DNA of 51,688 nucleotides, from NCBI GenBank assembly GCA_964350935.1, contig CAYGLL010000007.1, positions 1-51,688 of the forward strand, given 5' to 3'. The notes under the pieces are model-generated. The model did no database searches. It was not told the DNA's origin and saw nothing but the letters and a program-made list of their open reading frames with translations. The stretch comes from an uncultured Candidatus Saccharibacteria bacterium. Its GTDB lineage: Bacteria > Patescibacteriota > Minisyncoccia > Phycocordibacterales > CAYGLL01. Within the stretch, counting starts at the first letter, position 1. Each line of letters begins with the position of its first letter. Both the position numbers and the translations under genes were made by a program. Positions 16,514-24,941 of the stretch are shown here, piece by piece.

Positions 16514-16804
16514 TTAGTAGCTGCCGCGGTCGTTAAATTCTCGGCGAGGAGGGCGGTCCGTTTTCGGACGTGCTTCATTGACGGTCAACTTGCGACCATC
16601 CATGTCCTGGCCATTGTACATATCGATTGCTTTTTGAGCATCTGCGTCCGCCATAGTGACGAATGCAAATCCGCGTGATCGGCCGGTCATCTTGTCCATC
16701 ATGACTGTTGCCTCCTCAACGCTGCCGGCTTTTGAAAAAGCCTCTTTCAAAGAATCGGATGTGGTGCTGTAAGGAAGATTCCCTACATACAATTTTTTTG
16801 CCAT
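16514..16804 (-). CDS. RRM-type RNA-binding protein
   Basis: RNP2 KLYVGNL and RNP1 RGFAFVTM; start at ATG 16804; terminator 16464-16491. Confidence 0.85.
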   Translation of the reverse strand: MAKKLYVGNLPYSTTSDSLKEAFSKAGSVEEATVMMDKMTGRSRGFAFVTMADADAQKAIDMYNGQDMDGRKLTVNEARPKTDRPPRREFNDRGSY

Positions 16805-16999
16805 TTCTTTTTCTCTTGTTGCTAAACTATCGTATCGACTACCTTCCACCGCACTTGAGAAACTGAAATGGTTCTCCAGCACTAGGAAACCTACGACGCC
16901 AACACTGTAGCATAATAAAGTGATTACGCAAGCTTCTTGTTAACAACGGCTTATGAATACACGCTATTCCAGCTTGGTCTTTTTTGTTACTATAGTCGC

Positions 17000-17989
17000 A
17001 TGTCTAAACATGAAGGAGGTAAGCTCTCAACTGAAAGCTATAAGGGTGTGCGGGATTTTTATCCTGAGGATATGGCTGTGCAGAATTATATTTTTGGAGT
17101 TTGGCGCAAAGTCGCTGAGGAATCAGGCTATCTTGAATACAGTGCATCAATTTTGGAATACGCAGATCTCTACCGAAGTAAAGGAAGCGATGAAATCGTT
17201 AATGAACAAATGTATACCTTTACAGATAAGGGCGATCGCGAAGTGGCACTTCGACCGGAAATGACACCGACACTCGCCCGCATGATTGCGGCACGTCGCA
17301 AAGGGTTGAAACTTCCCCTTCGTTGGTTTTCAATTCCAAACGTTTTTCGCTACGAACGGCCTCAGCGCGGACGAAAACGCGAACACTGGCAACTTAACTG
17401 TGATTTGATGGGAATTGCCGGTGTTGAGGCAGAAGTTGAAATCATTACCCTTGCGTACAAAATTATGCGAGCGTTTGACGCAAGGGATGAGGATTTTCTC
17501 ATTAAAATTAATGACCGTAGACTCTTCGATGAAATTTTTGTTGAAATAGGTGATGCATCACCAAGTACTAAAAAGGAAGTAATACGGCTCATAGATAGTA
17601 AGGAAAAAATAGATAATTTTGAGTCCGAGCTCAACCGCCATCTGGGACAAGAAAAAAAAGAGAAATTTCTTGAGTTACTTAAAACAAAAAAATCAACGCA
17701 TAGGCTTGATGAGTTAGGTGCTGTACTCCATACAAAAGGAGTTAAAAATTTTATTATTGATACCTCTATTGCGCGTGGATTCGACTATTACACAGGCGTT
17801 GTATTTGAGGTGTTCGACACGAACCCCGATAATCGTCGCTCGCTCTTCGGTGGTGGCCGCTACGATAACCTTTTAGAAATGTTTGGTGTCGAGCCAATTC
17901 CGACTGTAGGCTTTGGCATGGGTGATGTGACCATTCGCGACTTCCTCGAAACCCACCAACTCCCCCTTTCAAAACCCAAAACTAAGTAA
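17000..17989 (+). CDS. hisS: histidine--tRNA ligase, catalytic core only (no anticodon-binding domain)
   Basis: Class II motifs RPEMTP, FRYERPQRGRKREHWQ (motif 2) and GGGRYDNL (motif 3). The protein stops ~40 aa after motif 3. Start at ATG 17000. Confidence 0.8.
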   Translation: MSKHEGGKLSTESYKGVRDFYPEDMAVQNYIFGVWRKVAEESGYLEYSASILEYADLYRSKGSDEIVNEQMYTFTDKGDREVALRPEMTPTLARMIAARRKGLKLPLRWFSIPNVFRYERPQRGRKREHWQLNCDLMGIAGVEAEVEIITLAYKIMRAFDARDEDFLIKINDRRLFDEIFVEIGDASPSTKKEVIRLIDSKEKIDNFESELNRHLGQEKKEKFLELLKTKKSTHRLDELGAVLHTKGVKNFIIDTSIARGFDYYTGVVFEVFDTNPDNRRSLFGGGRYDNLLEMFGVEPIPTVGFGMGDVTIRDFLETHQLPLSKPKTK

Positions 17990-17991
17990 CC

Positions 17992-18570
17992 ATGCGAAAA
18001 ATAGTTTTTGACATCGAAACGAGAAACACGTTTCAGGAGACAGGCAGTGCTGACCCAGTGTCCCTTGATATTTCAATTGTGTGTCTCCATGACTCCGAAA
18101 CTGAAGAATACTCGAGCTACCTCCAGGAGGATTTTGGAAAACTTTGGCCTGTGATTGAAAAAGCCGATCTACTCATTACATTTAACGGAGATCACTTCGA
18201 TATTCCGCTTTTGAATAAATATTATTCGGGCGATCTTAGTAAAATTAAGAGTCTCGATATTTTAAAGGAAGTGCGTAACTCAATTGGCCGACGCGTTAAA
18301 CTCGACCAGATTGCCGAAGGAACCCTTGGAAAGAAAAAATCCGGTCACGGGCTTGAAGCGATTACCTGGTGGCGTAACGGCGAAATCGATAAAATAAAAA
18401 AATATTGTATTGATGATGTAAAAATCACCAAGGAAGTCTACGAATACGCTCTTAAACACAAGGAACTCAAATTTAAGGAGGGAGGAAAATTAAATAAAAT
18501 TCCGCTCCTCAATACTTCAAAATGGGAAGTTGTTGAACACGCAGCGCTAACTCACACGCTTCCGTTTTAA
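17992..18570 (+). CDS. DEDD-type RNase H-fold 3'-5' exonuclease
   Basis: FDIET (Exo I), NGDHFDIPLL (Exo II), YCIDDV (Exo III). ATG lies 2 nt after the hisS stop. Confidence 0.6.
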   Translation: MRKIVFDIETRNTFQETGSADPVSLDISIVCLHDSETEEYSSYLQEDFGKLWPVIEKADLLITFNGDHFDIPLLNKYYSGDLSKIKSLDILKEVRNSIGRRVKLDQIAEGTLGKKKSGHGLEAITWWRNGEIDKIKKYCIDDVKITKEVYEYALKHKELKFKEGGKLNKIPLLNTSKWEVVEHAALTHTLPF

Positions 18571-18574
18571 TTTC

Positions 18575-18617
18575 CTCGCATTCATCCTCATAGCTTCGCT
18601 ATGAGGATGAATGCGAG
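18575..18617. other. perfect 19-bp hairpin with CTTCG loop at the 5' edge of locus C
   Basis: CTCGCATTCATCCTCATAG cttcg CTATGAGGATGAATGCGAG, 5 nt after the exonuclease stop; no T-tract. Confidence 0.8.
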
Positions 18618-18618
18618 A

Positions 18619-19000
18619 GGAACGGGAAGGGTGTCGGGGAATGAAACGCAGGTTGACTGCGTTTCATCGGGTTCGCGAAGCGAAAGTGCCGTTGCTGAGC
18701 AAAGCGAAGCAGGCACTACGCGAGGAGTTTTCACTACAGGAACTGTCCACTCATTGGGTCTTTGCTCCGCAAAGCCCTCAATGAGTCTTGCGGTGTGGGT
18801 CCCACCCCACACCTCACCCGTGGCGGAATGCAGTGAGCGACTTTACGTTCTTAGGAGCGACCTACATCTCTCCGAGTGAAACGAGATAGAGATGGGAAGT
18901 GCCTGTGGTGCGAAGCAACTTAGAAAGTAAGAAGTGCCCTTGTGGCACGAAGCGAGCGCTGAAAACCGAGGGGTTTTCAGAATAAATCCGCTCGCCTAAT
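18619..19000 (+). repeat. hairpin-dense non-coding locus C, built from modules related to the element family
   Basis: Shares AGTGAGCGAC, AGTGCCCTTGTGGCACGAA and AACCGAGGGG blocks in the same order as copy B. Contains a 35-nt tandem unit at 18896-18916 / 18931-18953 and three GCGAAGC heptamers. Confidence 0.6.
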
Positions 19001-19040
19001 GCCTCGTCAGCTTGCTGCGCTGATTGGACGAGCGGAATTT
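18984..19040 (-). terminator. long hairpin / probable terminator after the ZIP gene
   Basis: AAATCCGCTCG...CGAGCGGAATTT, with an alternative inner pairing CTCGTC/GACGAG; T-rich on both sides. Confidence 0.45.
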
Positions 19041-19043
19041 ATT

Positions 19044-19790
19044 TTAGTGTCCGGCAATGCTGATTACCGCATATAACACTCCCATACCAAGGACTGTCGC
19101 GATAGTTGTCCAATAGGTTGGATGTTTGTGATGACTTTCTGGTAAAAGATCACTCGCGCCAATATAAAGAAAGAATCCACAAAATATAGCGAGAATAATT
19201 GAAAGAGTTTTTTCTTGAACGGTAAAAAGAAAAGTTGAAAATATACCAATTGTCGGTGCGATCGCACCTATAAACACCCAGCGTAATGCCTTTTGCTTCG
19301 TTCCTTGATTCCGTAATACCATACTGACCGTATTAATACCGTCAGAAAAATCATGTACGAGTACTGCAAATGTCACCACAAAACCAACGGCGCTTGAAAC
19401 CTGAAATGCGAAACCTATTGCAACACCGTCAAGAAAACTATGCAGCGCGAGGCTCCCTGCCCCCAGCAGCTGACGACTTGAATTAACAGTATTGTGGTGT
19501 TCGTTTTCACAGTTGTCGTCATTATGACCGTGACCAATGAAAATTCGATCGAGAATCATGTAAATAACAAATCCCAGGGCGGCTATTGTCATAACTCCAT
19601 GTGCATCAATCGAGCCCTCGCCTAATTCTAGGGCCTCAGGCAAAAGATCAAAGAACGCCACCGCAACAACGGCACCGGCACTAAAGCCAAGTACGAGATG
19701 CAGTTTATCTCGAAATTTTATTGCAAAAAACCCGCCCAGAAGCGTCATAACAAAAGCTCCAATTCCTATGAGTAGTAACGATACTGTCAT
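19044..19790 (-). CDS. ZIP-family divalent metal transporter (ZupT-like)
   Basis: ~8 TM helices, His-rich loop HGHNDDNCENEHH, VLVHDFSDG motif; start at ATG 19790. Confidence 0.8.
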   Translation of the reverse strand: MTVSLLLIGIGAFVMTLLGGFFAIKFRDKLHLVLGFSAGAVVAVAFFDLLPEALELGEGSIDAHGVMTIAALGFVIYMILDRIFIGHGHNDDNCENEHHNTVNSSRQLLGAGSLALHSFLDGVAIGFAFQVSSAVGFVVTFAVLVHDFSDGINTVSMVLRNQGTKQKALRWVFIGAIAPTIGIFSTFLFTVQEKTLSIILAIFCGFFLYIGASDLLPESHHKHPTYWTTIATVLGMGVLYAVISIAGH

Positions 19791-19867
19791 GCAAAAAGTA
19801 TAGCACAGCATTGCCGAAGCACTCTGTCACGTGGTAAAATTCGGCGACTTAATACTAATTAATATTT

Positions 19868-20665
19868 ATGGAACCACAAACTCCGAAATCCAGTAACTCG
19901 AGCATTCCCCTCGCCATTATTGTTGCTGGTCTAATTATTGCCGGAGCCATTTACCTTAAAGATAAGCGCGTTGATCTCCCCGTGACGCCGCCTGAGCAAG
20001 GGGCACCTGTTTCGCGCGATATGATTATCCCCGCCCTTGCTTCAACTGATCACCTCGAAGGAAATCCGAACGCGCCTGTTATCTTCTTTGAGTACTCCGA
20101 CTTTGACTGTCCATTCTGCCGCACTTTTTACCCGGTGACACAACAACTGCTCAATACATACGGAAAGGATGGAAAAATGTCGCTTGTCTATAGACATTTT
20201 CCGTTAAATGAACTTCACCCAAATGCACATAAAAAGGCAGAGGCGAGTGAGTGTGCAAACGAACTTGGTGGTAGCGACTTGTTTTGGAAATTTTCTGAAG
20301 CTTTGTTCAAGGGAGCACCTGCGCACGGCAACGACCCAACACCCGAACTCGTTGATGCAGCAAAAAAACTTGGCCTCAATGAAACACAATTTAAGTCATG
20401 CTTAACATCAGGAAGATATATTGATCTTGTTGATAAACAGTACAATGATGCAGTTTCAAGCGGAGGCCGCGGAACACCGTACAACATTCTTGCGGTAAAC
20501 AAAAAAATTACTGAGGAAATGGAAGCTAAGTTCGCCTCAATTTTTGCCAAATATCCGAGCGGCACCTACACGGTTTCAACCGATCGTATGCGTCTTGCGT
20601 TAAACGGTGCGCTTTCATTCGACAGCATTAAACAGGCGATGGATCTTCTGACTGCTGGAAAATAA
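19868..20665 (+). CDS. DsbA-family thioredoxin-fold protein, membrane-anchored
   Basis: N-terminal TM anchor and CPFC active site in YSDFDCPFCRTF; terminator 20684-20707. Confidence 0.8.
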   Translation: MEPQTPKSSNSSIPLAIIVAGLIIAGAIYLKDKRVDLPVTPPEQGAPVSRDMIIPALASTDHLEGNPNAPVIFFEYSDFDCPFCRTFYPVTQQLLNTYGKDGKMSLVYRHFPLNELHPNAHKKAEASECANELGGSDLFWKFSEALFKGAPAHGNDPTPELVDAAKKLGLNETQFKSCLTSGRYIDLVDKQYNDAVSSGGRGTPYNILAVNKKITEEMEAKFASIFAKYPSGTYTVSTDRMRLALNGALSFDSIKQAMDLLTAGK

Positions 20666-20683
20666 AAGCTGTATTTTCAAAAA

Positions 20684-20707
20684 ACTCGCCCAAGTGGCGA
20701 GTTTTTT
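20684..20707 (+). terminator. intrinsic terminator after the DsbA-like gene
   Basis: ACTCGCC caagt GGCGAGT followed by T6. Confidence 0.75.
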
Positions 20708-20739
20708 GTTTGAAGTATATAGTTGATGCAGATCAATCT

Positions 20740-20970
20740 ATGAAAACAAAACTCTCCGACCATTCTGAGGAAGGTGCATTTCGGGGCCCTTTCGAAGCAA
20801 CGTTTACTGCCCTCGGTTCGCTCTTTGTCCTCATCGCGATAATTCCCGGTCTCCCGATTCTCTATTTCAGCGGGAATAAGTCTCTTTTTTTGTGGGCGGG
20901 AATAATCGGACTTGTCCTCATTTTCACTCGCATCATTCTCTTTGTTCTCGAACGGCTGGGAAAATGGTGA
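20740..20970 (+). CDS. small two-TM membrane protein
   Basis: ATG 20740 lies after terminator 20684-20707 (track TTG 20710 sits directly at the terminator); two hydrophobic helices. Confidence 0.4.
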   Translation: MKTKLSDHSEEGAFRGPFEATFTALGSLFVLIAIIPGLPILYFSGNKSLFLWAGIIGLVLIFTRIILFVLERLGKW

Positions 20971-20976
20971 GGAATT

Positions 20977-23900
20977 TCAACCGCGTGACTTCTCGTCACG
21001 CGGTTTTCTAACTATTTCCGCAAGCTCGCAAAAAGAGCACTTTTTGTCATCACACGTTTTGTTCCAAAAATCAAAACTATAAATTTGTTGACCAACGCGT
21101 AACACTTCACTGCGAACACTTTGAACATCTGCTGACGTTACCTCAAACCTCTCTCGTTTATACTTTCCAGCACTTCCCGGCTCAACAAAATCAATCTCAC
21201 CGGAAACCATCGTGTACTTCCCTTTTTCATACTGATCAAGAAGTAACTTGTAGAAATCGAGCTGACGTTTTATGTTGCCTTCCGAATCCTTTGTCTCACC
21301 GATGATTTCATTTCGCGACTTTGGTTTTCCTGTTTTATAATCAACAACGTTAACACGCCCGCTCTCATCGAGAAGCTCGAGCTTGTCAAGACGTCCCTTA
21401 AGGAGCAAATTTACTCCCGGCATAAGTTCGATAAAAATACCGGCGATATTAAACTCAGTAATTGTGTTTCTAAAAAATGTTTCCCGATACGTTTTATAAT
21501 AACCGGTGAGTGCTTTAACTCCCCTATTCAACAAATCACGAAATTCGTGCTCTCCCAGAGGCTGGCGGAGTAAATTTCGCTCAAAAGCAGAAACAACATC
21601 CTCGAGCGTGTACTCCTTCTCACCCCTCAAAGAATCAAAAAGTTCTTTAAGTGCAGCGTGCACAGCATTTCCAAACAACAAATATCCTTCGGGGGTCTGT
21701 GGTATGCGTATCAAATTAGTGAAAAAATATCTCCAGGGGCAGGAAAGATAGTTATTGAGTGCGGTCACCGAAAGTCCTTCCTCAAGAAAAACCTTACATA
21801 AATATTCCTGATTTCGAAGATCCAGTGTTTGCTCTCCCTGTACGGGCCCACTTTTCGCAACAGAAATTGACTTAACATCAGGAATTGCCGACTTTGGAAC
21901 TATTACAATATCTTTTTTATCAAGCTCTTCAACAAACATGCTAGGCAACCCCGGTTTACCATCCTTTCCGAGAATGCTGTATGAAATAGTAACTCCCTGA
22001 CGTGCACGCGTCAGGGCAACATAAAAAAGTCGTCGTTCATCTTCAGCATCATCACCATCAAGAAAGCGCTCGCCATAGATCGGAAGCTTAAAAAGATCAC
22101 GCGAGCGTTTATTGCCCCAGTGACCGTCGCGCGCGCCGGTAATAAAAACATGATTGAATTCAAGACCTTTTGATCGATGCGCGGTCATGAGTTGTACGGC
22201 AGATGCAAAACGAGGTTTTTGCCTCGAACCAATACGAACCTCATAACGTTCAAGGGTTTCAAGAAAAAGAATAAAATCGCGAAGAGCATAATTTTTATGA
22301 TTTTCCTGCAATCGCCTGATCTCACCAAGAACGGCGTCATACTTCTCAAGCTTTAAAATTGCATCAGAGCGCTCAAGCGTATACGAAACAAATCCAGATT
22401 CATGGGCAATAGTTTCAAATACTGAAAGTGCACTCTCATTTTTTGCGAGTTTCCCCCACGTTAAAAAGTTTTTTGAGAATGATTTCCAGAGAGATGCATC
22501 TCCTTCGATACCGGCAAACTCAAGTAATTTTTTATCTGCAATGACATCAATAATAGAGCGACGCTCTTTAGCAGCAAACCTGATTACTTTCCAAACTTCC
22601 AAATGCGGGAGCTTAAGAAAATCGAAGTGAAGCACGTTAGCTATTAATTCGGAATTATTTGGATTCTCAACCGCCCGTACCAACCACAATAAACGACGCA
22701 CATACGCATCAGAAAAAGCATCGTCGTCAGAAAGAACGACGTGAGGCACACTTTGATTGCGAAGCGCCTCGGATAGGAGGGCGGCATCTCGATTGTCTCG
22801 ATAAATTAAAGCAATTTCGTGAGGTGCTATTCCTTCGGTAATGAGACGCGCAATCGACTCCGCCACATATGCCACCTCCTGTTCAAGACTTTCAAGTTCA
22901 GCAAAAAAAATATGCTTTGTAGGAGGCACACGCTTGGAAACAAGCGGGACAGGTTCTAAAACACTTTTGTTATTTACAATAAGTGCATGTGAAGTATCAA
23001 GAATTGCCTGCGTGGAGCGATAGTTCTCTTCCAGAGCAATCTGCCGCGCACTCGGATATTTTTTCTTAAAAAACAAAAAATTTTCGAGAGAGGCTCCCTG
23101 AAAGCGGTAGATCGCCTGTTTCTCATCACCCACAATAAAAAGGTTAGGTTCTTCATGGAAACTTGAAAGAAGTTCCAAAAGCCGGTTTTGTGCATTATTA
23201 GCGTCCTGATGTTCGTCGGCGAGAATATACTGAAACTCTTCCTGCAAGATGAGAAGGAACTCGGGCTTCGCTGAGAGTGTTGCCACCACCTCAACAATCA
23301 TATCGTCGTAGTCATACAATTTACGTTCCCGCAGCTTCTTTTCATACAACTCATACACACTCAGAAGCTCATGGTTTTTGTCGATGCGCTTTTTTATTTT
23401 TTCAAACTCACCCTTGAGTTTCCCCTTGTATACCCCTTTTTCATGATACTTATCAGGTAATTCATCAAATAGCTTTTTTTCCTCCCCGATAAGGCGTTCA
23501 AAATCCTTAACTGAAATATTTTCTCGTTTTATATCCGAAATGGCGCCTAGAAGTGGGCGAACATAGTAAAAAAGATTCCCGTGTGGTTTTAAAATATCAA
23601 ACTGCTCGCGTTCAAGAATCTCTTCAAGAATGCGAATCTGATCTAAAATTCCGGCCGAAAGTGAACCGACAATGCGTGGAAACTCTTCCGGATATGTCTG
23701 AATCAATTCATTACAAAAACTATGGAACGTGTGGATGTTTACCTTATACGCGAGAGGGCCGATCACTTCGACCAGCTTCTGTCTCATTGAGTGAACTCCA
23801 GACTCGGTAAATGTAAGCGCGAGAATCGAATCGGGCGACGTGTCGGTCTTTTTTAAAATGTTTGCAATGCGAAGCGTGAGTATCGTCGTCTTTCCTGTCC

Positions 23901-24003
23901 CCGGCCCCGCAATAACCATAACTGGGCCCTCAATTGCGTCCACCGCCTCACGTTGCTTTGTATTAAGCCGTTTATACTGAGCCTCAAATTCCTTTGAAAT
24001 CAT
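20977..24003 (-). CDS. UvrD/PcrA-type helicase fused to a C-terminal PD-(D/E)XK (Cas4/AddB-like) nuclease
   Basis: Walker A GPGTGKTT and DEHQD motif II. C-terminal ~250 aa has VDYKTGK plus a Cys set (LSCPW ... CDDKKCSFC) typical of Fe-S nuclease domains. Confidence 0.8.
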   Translation of the reverse strand: MISKEFEAQYKRLNTKQREAVDAIEGPVMVIAGPGTGKTTILTLRIANILKKTDTSPDSILALTFTESGVHSMRQKLVEVIGPLAYKVNIHTFHSFCNELIQTYPEEFPRIVGSLSAGILDQIRILEEILEREQFDILKPHGNLFYYVRPLLGAISDIKRENISVKDFERLIGEEKKLFDELPDKYHEKGVYKGKLKGEFEKIKKRIDKNHELLSVYELYEKKLRERKLYDYDDMIVEVVATLSAKPEFLLILQEEFQYILADEHQDANNAQNRLLELLSSFHEEPNLFIVGDEKQAIYRFQGASLENFLFFKKKYPSARQIALEENYRSTQAILDTSHALIVNNKSVLEPVPLVSKRVPPTKHIFFAELESLEQEVAYVAESIARLITEGIAPHEIALIYRDNRDAALLSEALRNQSVPHVVLSDDDAFSDAYVRRLLWLVRAVENPNNSELIANVLHFDFLKLPHLEVWKVIRFAAKERRSIIDVIADKKLLEFAGIEGDASLWKSFSKNFLTWGKLAKNESALSVFETIAHESGFVSYTLERSDAILKLEKYDAVLGEIRRLQENHKNYALRDFILFLETLERYEVRIGSRQKPRFASAVQLMTAHRSKGLEFNHVFITGARDGHWGNKRSRDLFKLPIYGERFLDGDDAEDERRLFYVALTRARQGVTISYSILGKDGKPGLPSMFVEELDKKDIVIVPKSAIPDVKSISVAKSGPVQGEQTLDLRNQEYLCKVFLEEGLSVTALNNYLSCPWRYFFTNLIRIPQTPEGYLLFGNAVHAALKELFDSLRGEKEYTLEDVVSAFERNLLRQPLGEHEFRDLLNRGVKALTGYYKTYRETFFRNTITEFNIAGIFIELMPGVNLLLKGRLDKLELLDESGRVNVVDYKTGKPKSRNEIIGETKDSEGNIKRQLDFYKLLLDQYEKGKYTMVSGEIDFVEPGSAGKYKRERFEVTSADVQSVRSEVLRVGQQIYSFDFWNKTCDDKKCSFCELAEIVRKPRDEKSRG

Positions 24004-24034
24004 AAGGCGATTATAGCATGGATATAAGCCGTTA

Positions 24035-24062
24035 TTGACAAATCTTTAAAAATATGTAATAT
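24035..24062 (+). promoter_or_regulatory. sigma-70-like promoter for ORF 24185
   Basis: TTGACA AATCTTTAAAAATATG TAATAT (N16). Confidence 0.6.
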
Positions 24063-24184
24063 AGTTAATGGATTAGCCGCCGACTATTCTAGATTGTGGA
24101 AAAATCCTTGAGCCTGAAAGCTCTTGGGTGGCCTGAAAGCCCGCATTCTCGGAAAGGCACATTGAAAGAAAGTGAGTTAACAAC

Positions 24185-24871
24185 ATGCGCGCAAGCGAAC
24201 TACTGGCAGACAGTTTCATCACTGGAAAAATTCCCGCGTTCCTCACCAATCATTGGGCATTCGTCAACAAAGTTCGCCCCGAAGGAATGCGTAAGGCTGT
24301 GGATAAATACTACCAAGCAGAGTCAACCAAAGGAAAACTGTTTTGGGGTATGTTCTGGACCTTCATCCCAGCAGCGATACTCACAATTCTCGGTCTCCTT
24401 GGTATTGGACTGAACCTGTGGGCCCAAGAAGAAACTGGACGGACAGACTGGCCTCCAGTATGGTGGCTTTTCGGTCTCTCGCTCACCTTCTTCATCGTCT
24501 GTTTTCTGCTCTGGCGAAAAGAGAGAAAAATTGAGCTAAAGTTTCCCCAGCAGTGGGGCCATTATGCCCAGGACTTAGAGGCCTTCTTCAAACTGCTTCT
24601 TCGAGACGATAACGCACCTTGGTGGTCCTGGATTGTCGAATACAGGGGGATAGAGAAAAATGAGGAGGGTTTGAAAAAAAATGTGGTAGAAGCACTTAAC
24701 CGTCTCGCCGCACAAATTGTCCACAAACAAAAAACTGGCGAACCCTCGGGAGCGCTCAAGGATTGTTTCGACGGCCTCCTGAAACGTGCCCAAAAGTTCG
24801 GTCTGACCACCGCAACTGCGCGCACCTTCTTTGAGGAGGCCGAAAAGGAAAGCTGGTACTACCAGATCTGA
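24185..24871 (+). CDS. hypothetical two-TM protein, 228 aa
   Basis: ATG ORF with its own TTGACA-N16-TAATAT promoter (24035-24062) and terminator (24901-24937); no family recognised. Confidence 0.5.
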   Translation: MRASELLADSFITGKIPAFLTNHWAFVNKVRPEGMRKAVDKYYQAESTKGKLFWGMFWTFIPAAILTILGLLGIGLNLWAQEETGRTDWPPVWWLFGLSLTFFIVCFLLWRKERKIELKFPQQWGHYAQDLEAFFKLLLRDDNAPWWSWIVEYRGIEKNEEGLKKNVVEALNRLAAQIVHKQKTGEPSGALKDCFDGLLKRAQKFGLTTATARTFFEEAEKESWYYQI

Positions 24872-24900
24872 CCACTACATTCGTTCTTTGAATTACACGC

Positions 24901-24937
24901 AACCGCGCGACCCCTTGGTCGCGCGGTTTTTCTTTTT
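24901..24937 (+). terminator. intrinsic terminator after ORF 24185
   Basis: 12-bp stem AACCGCGCGACC/GGTCGCGCGGTT followed by TTTTTCTTTTT. Confidence 0.8.
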
Positions 24938-24941
24938 AAAA

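Noticed and set aside
18588-18879. Track ORFs 18588-18812 (-) and 18601-18879 (+) inside the hairpin-dense locus
   Set aside because: They overlap each other on opposite strands. Their sequences (runs of Arg/Gly/Ser/Cys) simply mirror the palindromic DNA. Neither has an RBS or a recognisable family. I treat the region as non-coding.
18781-18900. 5S rRNA-like words (GGTCCCACC, AGTGAAACG, GATGGGAAGTG)
   Set aside because: GGTGTGGG..CCCACACC closes on itself as a simple hairpin. There is no helix I pairing of 5' and 3' ends, and the order of the words does not reproduce the 5S three-helix junction. The match is probably coincidental short purine-rich motifs. cmsearch with RF00001 would settle it.
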